Shown here: positions 10,621-24,314 of the stretch, piece by piece
Position numbering within the stretch: position 1 is the stretch's first letter
How the letters are laid out: every line of letters starts with the position of its first letter
From: Lama guanicoe
Lineage: Eukaryota
NCBI GenBank assembly: GCA_013239625.1
Contig: MU056050.1
Span: forward strand, 7,686,483-7,743,154
DNA length: 56,672 nucleotides
Direction: 5' to 3'
The notes under the pieces: generated by a model
The model's input: only the letters and a program-made list of their open reading frames with translations
What the model was told of the DNA's origin: nothing
Databases searched by the model: none
Translations under genes and position numbers: made by a program

Positions 10621-13600
10621 TAACTTCAGAGAGCTATCTCATGGACCAACAAAGGAACAATAGGAACAGAGGTGTAAAAGAACAACAAAGGAACAGCAGC
10701 ACATAGTAAACTATAAAGAGCTGCACAAAAAGGTGTGGGTTTGTAATTATAGTGATCCAGAGGGTGAAGCAAAGAAGTTCCCTGTTTTCTCACTCTTAGC
10801 AAAATCATAATTAGTCAAGTTGCTACCAACTCAATTCTTGCCCAAAAAGGGACTTGAGACAGTGGTCACAGACATATGATTTAGGGTCTCAAGTTTCTGT
10901 TCTTTCCTTAGTATCCATCTCAAATCTAGTGCTACTCAAGGGAACCTGGATGTGAAGTTGCTTCAGTAGGAGCAGGACTGGAGCAAGAATTTGGAAAATG
11001 TCTAAGCAAAAGTGAAACATGGTTTGCAAAAATTTGGATCAGCCAACATATCCTGTGGACAGGGAGGTGTAGTTTACGGGAGATGATTTCCCATTTAATA
11101 ATATAATGGAGAAGAAAATTGGGCTTGTGAAAGTATTATCTTATTTCCATCTCTGAGTTTCACTTTATTCAAGAGAAAGTCATCCTTCAAGTAAAAACTC
11201 TAGAAGTCCTCAAGTACTAGCTGCTGGGAGTTGTTACAAATTTTAAAAACAACTTTTAAAAAAAAGTTAGGGAAAACTTCAAATGCTGGGGCAGATAGAG
11301 AAAGAGTTGGGAGTAGTAGCAAGCTATCATTTTGGGATAATTCAGTTTGTCCAATTAGCCCAGAAACTGTGGCTAATCTGTGTCTGGAAGAGTGTGTGTG
11401 TGCGTGTATATGTGGTGTCATTTCTTTGTTTTTATATGTTCATGTATATGGATTTATATCCGAGTGATAGTATGTGTTGACATGGTTGCTTTTGTTACAT
11501 TTTGTATGTGTTTGAATCTGCCTGTGTATCCTGTGAACATTTTAGTTCATGTACATGTATATGTACATGTCCAGGATTCTGGGATTATTTTAAGGCTTTG
11601 GTAATCTATGGACTCTTTATTTTATAGAGTAAGCTTGTGAGCAAAAAGGGTTAATTGTTCATTTTGAGAAGGTTATAGACTAGACTAGAATTTGCTCTAC
11701 CACTTCAAGACAATTCCTTTGATCAATGCTTCCTCCCCATCCCTACCCTCACAGCCCATGTAGCCCTCTGATTGCTCCCACTGCTACTCAGGCCATTTCT
11801 CTACAAAGGGTAGCATTCTCATGAAGAATGAATGGAATAATTCCACATCTTTCCTTTAAGTGAGTAGCAGATGAGGTGTCATCATAACAGGGGATTCTGC
11901 TCTCCATTTCTACTCCCCTTAGATTATTGAGGAATTGTAGTTCTGGCCTCAGTTCTTTTATGTTTGTCTGCCTTGCGTTCTCCTTACCATTCTTTTTGGA
12001 AAATTTCAGGATGAGTCACAGAGACTGGGCCTTTTTTGCTTTTGGGGAAAAGCTTTGCTTCCACCAGAGAAGGCCCATTCTCCAGCTCTAGGCTAGGAGG
12101 TGAGAAACAGAACTAACCAACAATGTCTATAGGCTGCTTAAGAAATTCAGCCCTATTCCTATGTTCCAGTGAGAGAGCAGAAAGATCTCCCTAAGCAGGC
12201 CTTGATTAATTGATTAATTCATTCAGTAGATATTTCTAGAGTACTTTCCATGCATAGCTCCAGGTTCGGGAACAGAATTCTTCTTGCCAGCATATTCGTT
12301 TTGACAAGGGTCTTAGAAGACAATGGCTGAGAGTGACCTGTGGTGGGAAATGCAAACTAGCTCACGGGAGAGGGCAGTGGACTCCAAGACCCGACAAAGA
12401 AAGTGGAATCCTGTGAATTTCTTTAAACTCCAAAGATGGGGCTATTGAGAAATCATGGTTCTGCTTTTGTTTCTGCCTTTGTTTCCAAAGTGGCTACCCC
12501 AACATGGTGAATCCTTGTATCTTTTCCCTCCCTCCCATGCCCCAAAGCCATTTCCTGAAACTCCTTTGGAGCAGCAACTCTTGAACCCCAAGAAGCTTCT
12601 ATGTCCTGCAGCCACCCTGAGTCTGAATGCTGCCTTTCACCTCTGCTAATTAAAAGTTAAGAGTGGCTTTTTCTGAGCCAGCCCTTAAGAGTCATTGGAG
12701 CACACAAACTTGGGAGGGAGGACACCTTGGTTCTGGTGTAGCCCTTGCTGCAGAACCAGTAACAAATAAATATCTCCCTCTCCTATCCATTGAGGACTCG
12801 GACATCAACAATCTTTAAGGTCCCATCCACTCTAAAATTCTATGATTACTTCTAGAAATGATTTCTTTGAGGCCTCTTCAAACTGTAAACTGAAAACTTC
12901 AAAAGCACTAGGGAGAACACTGAATAGATGTATTTTCTGAGAACTGGAATTCTTGTTGTTTCCCTATAGATTTGAAAAGGAAGGAGCTGACATTTATTAA
13001 GTGTACTATGAGCTAGGCACTCTCTTATATTGTACATTATTTCAATAATAATTCATAACGTGAAGAAATTTTGGTCCGGTGAAGTGAATGTATCTGTAAA
13101 GTATTGAGTACAATGCCTGCATAAAGTATGCACTCAGTAAATGTGATGTCCTCCCTCCTACTTCAGCTCCTCTCTACCCAGCTCACCACTGTTTAAAATG
13201 AAGACACAGAAACTCAGAGAGATTAAGTAACTGCCCCAAGTCACCCAGATTTCTAGCTCCAAAGGCCTTGTATATCCTGTAACATTATACTGCCTCTGAA
13301 TTGTGAAGTCTGCAGTTATTTCCCTTGTTTACCTGCTCCATTAGCACGTGCAATTTGAAGAGTTTGCTTGGAGGCCTTCTACTCTCTGACCCTGTTCCTC
13401 ATTGTGATCCAGGGTCTGCATTTGGGAGGTAGCAACTCAAAGTTTTCAGCTACGGCACAGACTCACTGTGCAGGATTATAATTGATTCCACAGAGCTTGA
13501 ACACTCCATCTAGGCCTTATTAACATCAGAATCTCATTCTGGGCCAACTATCTCATAGGGCAGTCTTCAAGTTACCTGGCAGGGATTCCCTGGAGTCTCT

Positions 13601-14434
13601 GACTTCCATTTCTGTTCCCCTGATACAGGTATGGGAAGAAAGCCTTGTGGGGAATAGCCAAGGCAGGTACCTTTAAATAAAAGAAAAGGCAAGTTTGTTT
13701 GCTCAGGATTTAATCCAGAAAATCATATCCTTGGCTGGTAGAATATTGAGAACTGTTATAAGAGTGGAGGCTATGGGAGTAGCTACAACCAGAGATGAGA
13801 AGGGAAGGAAGAAGGAGGCTGAGTCTTGCCTACCCAGAAGTATGGTCATTGGCCTACATATTGTAGATTTAAAAGGGATGTTGCTGAGGTGAATGACAGA
13901 AGATTGGTTTTGGGGGCAGCTTTATGACTTGAAAATAGTCTTCTTATGAAATCCATTAAGTCCATTCACTCTGTAGCAGCCTTTCCTGTGTTGCTCTTTA
14001 TTTAGTAGAAGGAGCCATGACATTCTACAACTGGTGGTGGAGATGGATTTGCATGGGGCATGTCATGCTTTGGTCTGATGCCAACAGTGTGTACAGAACA
14101 CTCCTGGGTTTAGGATGGCATCAATAAATCTTTAGTATGAGAATAGGCAGGTAGTTCAGAAATGCTGTTTCGCAAAGCAGATGGCTAGACCTGATGGTTT
14201 CTTATGGTCCCTTCCATCTCTAAGGTGACCAACATGATTGAATATTTCTCTCTCTGTTTCTCTCTCTTTTTCTCTGTCTCTGTCCCTCTCTCCTAACCTA
14301 CAGAGCTCAGTCCATGTAATAGAGCCATTGGACTGGGGGCTATCAAACTGATCTTCCTAATGGTGTTTGAGATGATTCGAAGTTCTTTTCTTTGAATAAT
14401 TTACCTTAGAAAAGTTTCACAATATTCTGAAATG

Positions 14435-14680
14435 AGTACAGGCTTTGAAGACAAACAACTTAATTTTGGATCCAGATTCTGCCATGTTCTAATTCTATGA
14501 TGCTAAGCAAGTCAATTTAACTTCCTTGAGCCCTGTTTTCCTTACCTATAAAATTAAAGTAATCCTGGTACATGACTCCTAGGTGTGTTGTGAAGATTTA
14601 CTGAGATAATTTATGGAAAGAATTTAGCTCAGTGTCTGGCACACAGTATGTGCTGAAGATGTATTTGTTGAATGAATGAA
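14435..14680 (+). mobile_element. MIR SINE with a MIR/L2-type 3' tail
   Basis: GAGCCCTGTTTTCCTTACCTATAAAAT...TTGTGAAGATT...GTGTCTGGCACACAG...TTGTTGAATGAATGAA. Confidence 0.8.
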
Positions 14681-15689
14681 CCGATACTGATATTTCTCTT
14701 TCCCTCCCTCCCTATGATAAAGTGTTGTTAAAAAGGCTTTTGCTATACTTTAAGCAGCAAGATCATGGATGTTTAATTCAGTCAATTCAGGGTCTACACT
14801 CCTAACTCAATCATCTACTATGTGGTTGACATTAGTAGTTAAAAATTTGTCTGAGACTTAGCATTGTCATGCATAAAATCTAGGTAGCAATGCCAAGTGT
14901 GCAGGGCTGTTGTGAAGATTAAAATAAATAATATGATAGCACACATCACAGGACCTGGAATATGGTATGTGATCTATAATGTTAGGTCTCTTTCTCTGCC
15001 TCCCCCTGGGCACTTTCATGTATGTGGGCTCATTTAATCTTCAGAACAACTATGTGAGATATGTATTATCACCATAACAAGATAATGTATGTGGAAGCAC
15101 CTAGTACAATATAATGCAGGTGGTCAGTAAATGTTTGTTTCCTTTGCCTCCTTTTCCTTAATTAAGCCAATTATTATCCAGCCAACAATCGTGCTTTTGC
15201 ATAAACTATGTGAATATTTTAAAGAATGAGGTGCTAATCTTATATTGCTATCAATTTAGAAGGCAGTCTGTACACCTGGCCTATAATCAGAATTGTAATG
15301 ATTTTAATAGGATGACAAAAGTTCACAGAGTTAATAGATATAAAGCGCTTGCCTAATTCTTCCTTATTATGATGAATTATGAATAGATTAATTTGATATT
15401 TCAAAATGTAACAATCATTAGAAAATCATTTTCATATAAATTATGGTTTTACATATTAATGTCATGCTTTCCTTAGCATCTAAAAACACTATTCTTTACT
15501 CACTATGAGGAGAAAGTTTTTATCTATATTTATAGAAATGGGTATTGTTTGGGGTTGAGGTCCTCTGACTTTAACCTGGTATTTTCTCTGGTTTCAAACT
15601 TATCATCTAATCACTATTAATTTGTATGTTAGAGTATGAGAATATGATTTGGAGAGGGCCAAAGAGTGGGTTGTATTTGTGGTTGGGGC

Positions 15690-15920
15690 AGAGAGCTTCA
15701 TGCCAAAATTAAATCTGAATTTCCCTGTTAGTAACCATAGGAAAGTTGCTTAACATCTTTTTTCCTTAGTTTTGTCATCTGCAAAGTAAATATAATATTA
15801 ATATTTATCTGATAGGGTTGTTCTGAAGATTAAAAAAACATTATTTATGAATAAATAAATTAATCCATCTAAAAGCTTTAGCATAGAGTTCACCATGTAG
15901 TAAATGCTCAATAGATGTCA
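15690..15920 (+). mobile_element. MIR SINE
   Basis: CCTTAGTTTTGTCATCTGCAAA...GGGTTGTTCTGAAGATTAAA...GTAGTAAATGCTCAATA. Confidence 0.7.
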
Positions 15921-17159
15921 CTGCTATGATCACTACCACTACACTCTACCACTACAACGATAATGATGTGACAAAACTATTGCAGAATGGTTAAAGAATT
16001 GGATATTCTGTCCATAAATAATTCCAGATATCTAAAGGGTGGGCTGAGAACTTTCTTAATTTCAAACACCATTTTTCAAACCTTTCCAAGGGGCCTGGGT
16101 CCACATTTCTTGAATTATTATGAAATATCTGGTATCATCATTGAAACCTGATACTCTGAGACTCTTGCAAGGCCATAGGAGGATCATTCACACCCTTTGT
16201 TACCACTGTCCAAAGCTTCAGCTATAGAAGTTATAGGAAACTGAACTGAATGTAATTTGAATGCAGGAGAGGCCTTAATATTTTTTGTAATTTTAACTGT
16301 GATTGCTTTTATTTTAATTTTTCTTTTTCCCTTAATATCAAAGTTTATTCAACTTTCCTAGTTCTGTTGAGTCTTAGCTAATCAGAATTTTACGAGAGTC
16401 TTTTCTCTGTCTCTAAATAAACCAGACAGCTCATTATGTAGACTTATCTAGTTGCCTTATCTAAGTAAGGAAAAGGGAATACAACTTAGTTGATTAAATT
16501 CTTTTTCTTTTGAAAATTGACCAGTTGTTTGGCTGCTCTGGAGACTAAATCAATACAGGTAAATTTCCTAAGTAGCACGTTGATAGCTCAAGTGGGAATA
16601 GTGAACCTGCATGGGTAGTCCGGAAATTTTCAGTAAGTTACAGACCAATGTGTAAGCATGACTTTATTGGCAGTAAAAATGGGAGCCAAAGAGAGCCATG
16701 GAGATTTTGTCCAATGAATTCTTAAAAATGGAGTGATGAATGGTTCAGATAGTCTCCTGTATGAATGCAAAGGGTGGATACCAGTGGGCTCTTATGGTCC
16801 CACTGGTATGGTGCCTTATTCAAGCACCATTCCTTCTTTAGTTATTTTTCTTAGAACTTCCTTCTGTCCTTCTTTTCCTTACACTCCTCATACTATTCCT
16901 TTCCAAAATATTTACTGAGTGTATACTAAAAGCCTAGGCATAGTGCTAGAGATTGAGGTACAGCATACTTAAGACAGACGCTGCTCCTACTCTCATAGAA
17001 TTTACAATTTATAATGTTCTGGGACGTACAGGACCTGAAGCTTAGAGAAAGCTAGCTCCACAGTCATGTTTGAGTTTTGTGTTATATACAATTCCTAACA
17101 TGATTTTTCTTTGTTTTCTTTAACTTGTAGTATTTAAGATCTTAGGCAAAAGGAGGATT

Positions 17160-17392
17160 GTTTAAGTTGAAAAATAGTTGATGTACAATGTTATGTTAGT
17201 TTCAGATGTACTACATAATAATTTGATATTTGTATACATTACAAAATGATCACCAGGATAAGTCTAGTAATACTTGTCCCCATAAAAAGTTATTACAATA
17301 TTGTTGACAATATTCTTTATGCTGTATATTACAACTCTGTGACTTATTTATTACATAACTGGATGTTTGTACCTCTTAATACCCTTCATCTA
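17160..17392 (-). mobile_element. Short LINE-1 3' UTR fragment
   Basis: TTAGTTTCAGATGTAC...ATACATTACAAAATGATCACC...TGGATGTTTGTACCTCTT. Same family as 32229-32470. Confidence 0.85.
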
Positions 17393-18639
17393 TGGAGCTG
17401 ATCAGGTTGAGGTAGCAGAGAACAAGGACTAGGGGTGGGATGAAAGGTGCTGACTTTTTGCCTTTGACATAGCTTCATAACTTAAGCAGCTCAAGAAATT
17501 TCCTGCTTGCTATGCTCACCCAAATTATAGAGAAGAGGTGAGGTGTGTATGATTAAAACACACTAAGTAAACAAACACCAGACAAAACAAACAAACAAAA
17601 AACAAAGAAAATAAACAAACACACAAAACTCTTCTTTCCAGTTGGTCCCACAGAAGTTTCCTTTCTTTGGCTTTGAAGGGCTCAGTCTATTTTTTTTAAA
17701 TCATCTGATCTGAAGTTGAGGCTGCAGCATTAATACCTAATAAGCAAATAAGATAGTTAACCCACTTGCTTTGTCTAAAAGAGAACTTAGGACCAGGTTG
17801 CTGTGTCCCCACTTGCCTCTTGGAAAAGAAAAAAAATGATTCAACTTGTTATCACTTACTGACACTGGCCCCAGATGGCCCCATGTGCCATCAGTTTCCC
17901 AAAGTTTGTGAAATACCCTCTTAGAAGAGTAGAGGGGCAAAGCCAGGTGCTCTGTGAATGTGGGCTGGAATCAAGGTTCAGGATCCTGGAGTTCAATCAT
18001 GCTGGAGCCATGCAGCAGGACTTGGGAGTTCCAGGCCATCATGCTTAGGAAAAATAAAATCTATGACAGATTTTCATTCACTTATTCATGAGTACTTCAA
18101 AAGAGTACTAAACCCTGACTAGTATTGAGAATAAAAGAGCAAACTGAAACATCTTTCACTTTTCCAGACTCAACAAACATCATTTCCATGTGTTAACAAC
18201 CTCCAAAGCCATCAGTCAAGTAAACAATAACACTGAGAACAGCAGCATGCGTCCACAGATATTGTACTTTTCCTCTTCTTTAAAATCTTCTCAATTGATT
18301 AGATTAGCTTTCTTTTAGCCCAGAGCAAAGAAAACCTAGGTGTAGGAGTCGAATGGGATCACAGTATCTCTCTTCAATTATCTGACGATCAAGATAAAGA
18401 TCAAGATAGTATTTATTGCATTAGGAAAAGGGTTAGATCTATGTTGTACAGAATCAGCAAGCAGACCAGGAATGAATTTAAAGAGATTCTGATTTTGGTT
18501 TATTTCTAATAGCTACAGCTTATCAACTGCAGAATATATGGTCTTGGGAGCTACTAATAACAATGAATTATTATAATATTAATAATTGTTTTTCTAATGT
18601 ATTTTATATATAGTACTTTTAAATAATTGTTAAAAACAG

Positions 18640-18795
18640 TGTGTCTCATTTAATCCCCATCACTCAATGTATAAATCAGTCAGGGCGTACAGCATTGTTC
18701 CTATTTTACAGATGAAAACACTGAAGCACAGAGATGTTAAGACTATTACTCAAGGTCACATAGCTAGTATAGGATAACCTGGAAATGAAATCCAT
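18640..18795 (-). mobile_element. MIR SINE
   Basis: ATTTTACAGATGAAAACACTGAAGCACAGAGATGTTAA...CAAGGTCACATAGCTAGT. Confidence 0.85.
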
Positions 18796-20614
18796 ACCTG
18801 TTGATTGGTCTTGAGTGAGTGCATAAGGAAGGATTTTTTTTTCCCCTTGGCTCTTTTCAGAGTGTAAAGAAGCTGTCTTCAAACAGGGAAGAATCAAACA
18901 GCTCAGACTGCCAGTGAGGCAAGAGACATTTACCAGGCCAGAGACCAGTGTAGAACTATGCTCTGCAAACCAATCTGGATGAAAATGAACTATTTTATTT
19001 ATTGCCATTTCTATTTTAAGGTTGTGTTCTTTGATTTCAATGTGCAAATGTAGGTCTGGGCTGGTGGATGGAAAAAAGGACACCCTTTCTTGCACACTAC
19101 AGATACAATCACACCATCCCCAGTGTGCGCAGATATGTGCTTATGTGTGCATGTGAAATTACTTTCTTGAGCCTGTGAACACACACCGGTTTCACAATTT
19201 GCCTGAAACGATAAAGGTTGCAATCCCCCAAAGAGCCATATTTTGCCGTTTCCTGCATAAAAACAAACAACTGAGTTAATTCATTGGATTATCTTGTCCA
19301 TTTTCCCAGTAGTCTTCTTGGCATGGGGAAGAAAACTCTGTGAGTGCAGCTTGTATGTGTGTGTGAATGTGGATTTGAGGACCACCCTATTGCACTGTTT
19401 AAAACTTTTCCTTTTCTTTTAATATGTTTTTCAAAGTTCTGTCTGATAATCATGGATTGTATCTGAAGGCCCACTTGCTAAAAGCATGTTGAGTCATAGG
19501 CAGGTTGTAAGAGTCCAGGAGACCTGCATTGATGACTAAGAGAGCCATTATTTGATAAAAAGGGGAAAATAGGTATTGGTTTGAAAGGAAGGCTGGGGGA
19601 GCATGAAGAACTTCTTGAACAAGAGAAAAAACACTTGGAAGCTAGCTGGCAGGGTGAGTGGGGACTGGAGAAAACCGGTCTTGTGCAGTAGGATTTGCTG
19701 CTGCATTTTAATCACATCTCTATGTGACTGTTTTTTTTTCCTCTTTCTGTTTTTTCATCAAGCAAGAAAGGACACAGAGGGGATTCAGCAGTAATCTAGC
19801 TCTTTAAATTTTGTACTGTACCCTGTCCCCTTGCACATTTTCAAATTGACATCTCAAAATTTTTCATTGTAAGTTCAAATAGATGCAAACACTGCATAAT
19901 TTCTGTCACCTTGTAAATATTGACAGCTTAAAATTAAACTCTTGCATCACTCTTTTAACTTCTTCAATGGATTCTAAATACTGTAGTATTTTGATATCCA
20001 CTGTCACCCATTAAAATATAAATGGATAAGTTCTCTAACCATCAGACATTTGACACCATTACCTTTTCTTCTTGAACTCACATTTCCATTCACTTACATG
20101 TAAGTTTATCCTAATGTCCTATTTTTTTATACTTGAAAGTGTTCTCTCAATCATACTATTATACATCTCAACAAATGAAATTTTTAAAAAAATTTTTAAA
20201 AAACGCTGAAATTTTTTAATAAGCACTGAGACCAGAAGTCTGAAAAGTGTTAAAATAAACAAGCAAACAAGTTACAGAGTTAGTGAGTGACAGAGAATTA
20301 ATTAGAACCTGCGACTATGCTGCAACTTCAAGATCTTATCCACTCTGCTCTTCTGTACTCTGGGATCTCACAGAAGTGACTGCAACAATGTTAGGACTCA
20401 AGATGCCTAATGAGTAGACTTTTCTCTTGTAAAGTGAGAGAAGGGTAATTGTGAAAAGAGAGGTGAGAAAGGAGGACCAGAATGATCTTCAACCTCAGGC
20501 ACATTCACAGTAGATAAGTTTTAGAGAATAGTCCATGTATAAATTATAAATTAATTCTCTTAAAGTTCTCCCTGTCTGAATACCTCCTTCTGAAGTCATT
20601 GTGTACATTTAGGG

Positions 20615-20840
20615 CAGGGTTCCTCAACAACAGTACCAGTAACATTTGGGGTCAGATAATTCTTCGTTGTAGGGGACAGTCCTGTGCATTATAGGGTGAT
20701 TAGGAGCATCCCTGGCCTGTATCCACTACATGCCAGTAGTAGCCCACCTCTCCAGTTATGACAACCAAAAACATCTGCAGATATTGCCAAATGTCTGGGG
20801 GAAGGAGTGTGTGCAAATCTCCCACACTTGAGCACCATCG
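20615..20840 (-). mobile_element. MER20 hAT-Charlie MITE, near full length
   Basis: CAGGGTTCCTCAAC...CAGATAATTCTT...GTCCTGTGCATT...AGCATCCCTGGCCT...TGCCAGTAG...ACAACCAAAAACATCTGCAGATATTGCCAAATGTC matches the MER20 consensus in reverse. Confidence 0.85.
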
Positions 20841-21259
20841 ATCTTGGGCTCTGCATACCCCAGCTTGAAGATTGATTATCTAGTTTGTTAAGAATATGAA
20901 CAAAGCCCAAATAAGTCATATGTGTTATTTGTGCTTTATCCAGGAAAACAGCAAAATCTGATTGCTTGTGCTTTAATTTCCTTCCAGCATGAGTGAGGAA
21001 GTTCTGTGCCCATGGGAACAGGGAATTGTTGAATCCATAGCAAAAGTAGTTGGGACTGACAAAACATTGGGTCTTGAGGGAACCAAAATTAGATTAGGAT
21101 AAAATACTTAAAGATGACAGAGAAGGGGAAGAATGGAGATGAGGAATGAACTCACTAATGTCAGAAATCATGAGTCACCATTTATTTTTTTTGCCAGCCA
21201 CTGTGCTAAGTGTTGTCTATGGATTGTCTTGTTGACTAATCACAAAAACCCAGGAGATA

Positions 21260-21630
21260 GTTATAATCAAAAGACTAAAACCTTCAGGGCCTTAGACAAA
21301 ATAGAAATGTGTTTACCTCCACAAGAAAGCCAAGCAGGCAGTTTAAGTTTACTTTGGCATACCACATTGAGGATCCAGGCTGCTTCTGTGCTGTTGCTGT
21401 GTTATTTTCAATACCCAGATTCTATCTCATAGTCCTAGGTGGCAGCTGCTGATTTTGCTCTCGGGTCTGTATTTCAGCCATTGAGAATGGTGAAAAGGGG
21501 AAGGTAAGGACATGTACTTTCCTTTTAGGGACACAGTCTAAAATTATACACATCATTCCATTCACACTCAGTTGACCTGACCCGGTTGCAAAGGAAATGT
21601 GGATTTTAGCTAGGCAGCAAACTACAGCTT
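21260..21630. mobile_element. Old MaLR LTR (MLT1J/K-like) remnant
   Basis: Patchy similarity (GGCCTTAGACAAAATAGAA, GGATCCAGGCTGCTTC, TGCAAAGGAAATGTGG). Confidence 0.45.
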
Positions 21631-21649
21631 GAGGTTTAAAGTTTTTTTT

Positions 21650-21812
21650 GATAAATTAAGTTTTATTGGAATACAGTTACTCCCATTTATTTGTACATTA
21701 TCTATGCTGCTTTCTTGCTACAATGGCATTGCTCAGTAGCTGTAACAAAGCCTGGATGTTCTGCAAAGCCTAAAACTCTGGCCTTTAAGAAAAAAGTTTG
21801 CTAACCCGTGCT
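21650..21812 (+). mobile_element. MER58A-like hAT MITE fragment
   Basis: AAGTTTTATTGGAATACAG...ATTATCTATGCTGCTTTC...GCAAAGCCTAAAA...TGGCCTTTAAGAAAAAAGTTTGCTAACCC. Confidence 0.8.
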
Positions 21813-21864
21813 CTAGAGGAAGGAGGGAATGGATATTTGGAGTCCAATAGGCTCTGTTAAATTT

Positions 21865-22205
21865 TTATTTAACGGTGAGGAAAGGAAAGCACATAGAGTT
21901 CAAGTGAATGGCCCAAGGTGACATACTGGTAAGTGGCAGAACTAAGATCTGAACATGGCTCTGTTTGGCTCCAAAGGCAAAAATATTCACTCTAGCATAC
22001 TGCCTCACACATTCATTCAGCAAGTATTTATTGTGTCTACTCTGCATCAGGCAGTGTTCTAGGTGCTGGAGTTTGAATAGTGAATAAGAGAAAGGAAATC
22101 TATGCTCTTGTGAAAACTATAATAAAGGAGACAGACTATTAGAAAGGAATTAAGTAAAACACATTATATGTTAGAGATGATAGGTGCTATAAATAAAAAT
22201 AAATC
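21865..22205 (-). mobile_element. Adjacent MIR and L2 3' fragments
   Basis: MIR core (GAGGAAAGGAAAGCACATAGAG...CCCAAGGTGACA), then the L2 tail CATTCATTCAGCAAGTATTTATTG...GTTCTAGGTGCTGG. Confidence 0.75.
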
Positions 22206-23029
22206 AAGAAAGAAAGATAGTGACAGAGTTGGGATAGGGATTCATTTTTAAAAGAAATGGCTAAGGTTGGTCTCAATATTGGGGAAACCAAGGAGAATAA
22301 CTCTGAGCCATAGCTCCTGAGGAGGAGTCAGGAATCTGGGCTGAGAGTACCTAACAAAAATTTCAAGTTCCTTCTCAGAGGAGGCAGAACCAAGGGTCAG
22401 AAGCTGGGCAGGAACCGGAGCCTAAGGGACTGAGAGAACAGTGTGGGTACACATGGCTCATGTGTGGTGGATACTTGGCACAAAGTAGATATGTAGGAAG
22501 AAGGCTAGCTTAAAAGTATAAGATCATAAATTTGTCTTTAATCCTTTTAGATAGAATTCTAAAAACTCCTTGCACATAAGACAAAGATGAACACATATGT
22601 ATAAATAATAGCAGGCAGTGAGTCCATTTGTGTAGTGGAAAGATCATGAGTGTTGGAGTCACACAGAACTGTGTCTGCATCTCAGCTCTCACTTGTTTGA
22701 TGAGTTTAGGCAATTTTTTTGTTAGTGCTGTTATTAGCCATGATTGAGCATTTTCTGTGGGGTAGGAACTTTATATTCATGATCTCATCTAATCCTTTTA
22801 TAACTCTATAGATAGACACTAGTGTGATCTTAAATTACCTTTAACTTAAATTAAGAGGTGAAATTAAGTAGTGGTGGGTAATGGTTAATAAGTAATGAGA
22901 GATGTACAATTTTCCTCTTGTGCATTTGTGTAGCATCATCTTATTTAAGTATAGTGATTAGTAATGTTGATTAATGCTTCTGTGGGGCTGTTTTTATAAA
23001 AAATTATTTTGTAAAGATAAATCTTTAAT

Positions 23030-23268
23030 GTTTATTTAGTGCTATGTGTCAAGCATTATTTTAATTACTTTACGTGTACTTACTCTTCAGAACAACACTG
23101 TGTGAAGCTACTATTATCTTCATTTATTCAGATGAGAAAACTGAGGCCCAGAAAGCTCAATAACTTACCCAGGGTCACACAGCCAGGAAATGGAGAGGCT
23201 GGGAGTTGATCCTTGGCAGTGTGGCACTGGAGTTCATGTGTTTAATCACTATACTACACTGCCTCACA
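23030..23268 (-). mobile_element. MIR SINE
   Basis: CAGATGAGAAAACTGAGGCCCAGAAAG...ACTTACCCAGGGTCACACAGC...TACACTGCCTC. Confidence 0.85.
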
Positions 23269-24314
23269 AAACAAAGCAATAAAATAATTAAATGAGAGAA
23301 CATGTTAGTTTCTCTTCTACTGCCCATAATGTATATGAAAAGCCTGATTATTCAGACCTTGTGATCTAATCCATGGCCACTACCTCCCTAATGTCAGTAT
23401 TTCTGATTTACAGCAACATTCCATGCAGCAAATATTTCACTTCTATAATACTATTCTTGGAAAATGAAATTGAAAAGTGATGGCAAAGATAATAGCACAT
23501 GTGACTATCTATACCTGACTGAGTAGATCCAGATGTGTGTGTGTGTGTGTGTGTGTGTCTCTGTGTGTTCAAATATGTGCATATGAATCTAACCAGCAGT
23601 TTCAGATGTCAACTTCTGGGCTTTCTCCCCAGAATTCTAAAATCCAGCCTTTTATGGGGCAAGCTTTAAAAACAAGAAATCCTTATTCTGTTATAGAATG
23701 TACCTGGTTTTCCAAAATCTACTCTCTCTCCAGCAATTACTATTCTGCTATCACAGAAATGTCACTACCAACAAGCATGGATGGCCCAGTAACATCAATG
23801 GAATGGTTCTCTGCTTCAGTCATGGCATTTCACCTTCCATTTCATGCTCTGACAAAGATCATGAATATGATTTTCTATCTGGTCCACCATTTCTTTGAAT
23901 TGTCAACATTTAGTAGGAATTTTCCTTGGAAATTTATTCTGTCCAAAATGACATAAAGAATGCCAAGCATGGGCTCTCCATATTTCTGTTCAATGTGAAT
24001 CTGAAGGTCTTATACAATTGTACTCTGGATCATTTCCTTAAGGATGGGGATAGACTTTCACTGAACCATTCCTTCTCCCATTTAGTCTTCTCATTCTTAT
24101 TCCATCCCCTGGCCAGATTACAGGTTCAGCTGATTTCCATAAAAGTTTTTCTGAAGGTAAAATTAACTAGCTACAATGAGGGCCAGTCCTCATGAAATGC
24201 CCTAATCAGTGCAGAACTCCAACCACTGATAGAATTGTACTATGTAGGAAATCTAAATGGTAGAGCAGTCTGAAAAAACAGTATGGAGGAACTGACATAT
24301 CCCTAGGAACTTCT

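Noticed and set aside
23537..23956. 139-aa ORF, and a - strand MTEAENHSIDVT stretch (~23790-23823) resembling an OR N-terminus
   Set aside because: The ORF starts in a (TG)n repeat and has no motifs. The - strand stretch hits stop codons with no TM1, GN or PMY motif following.
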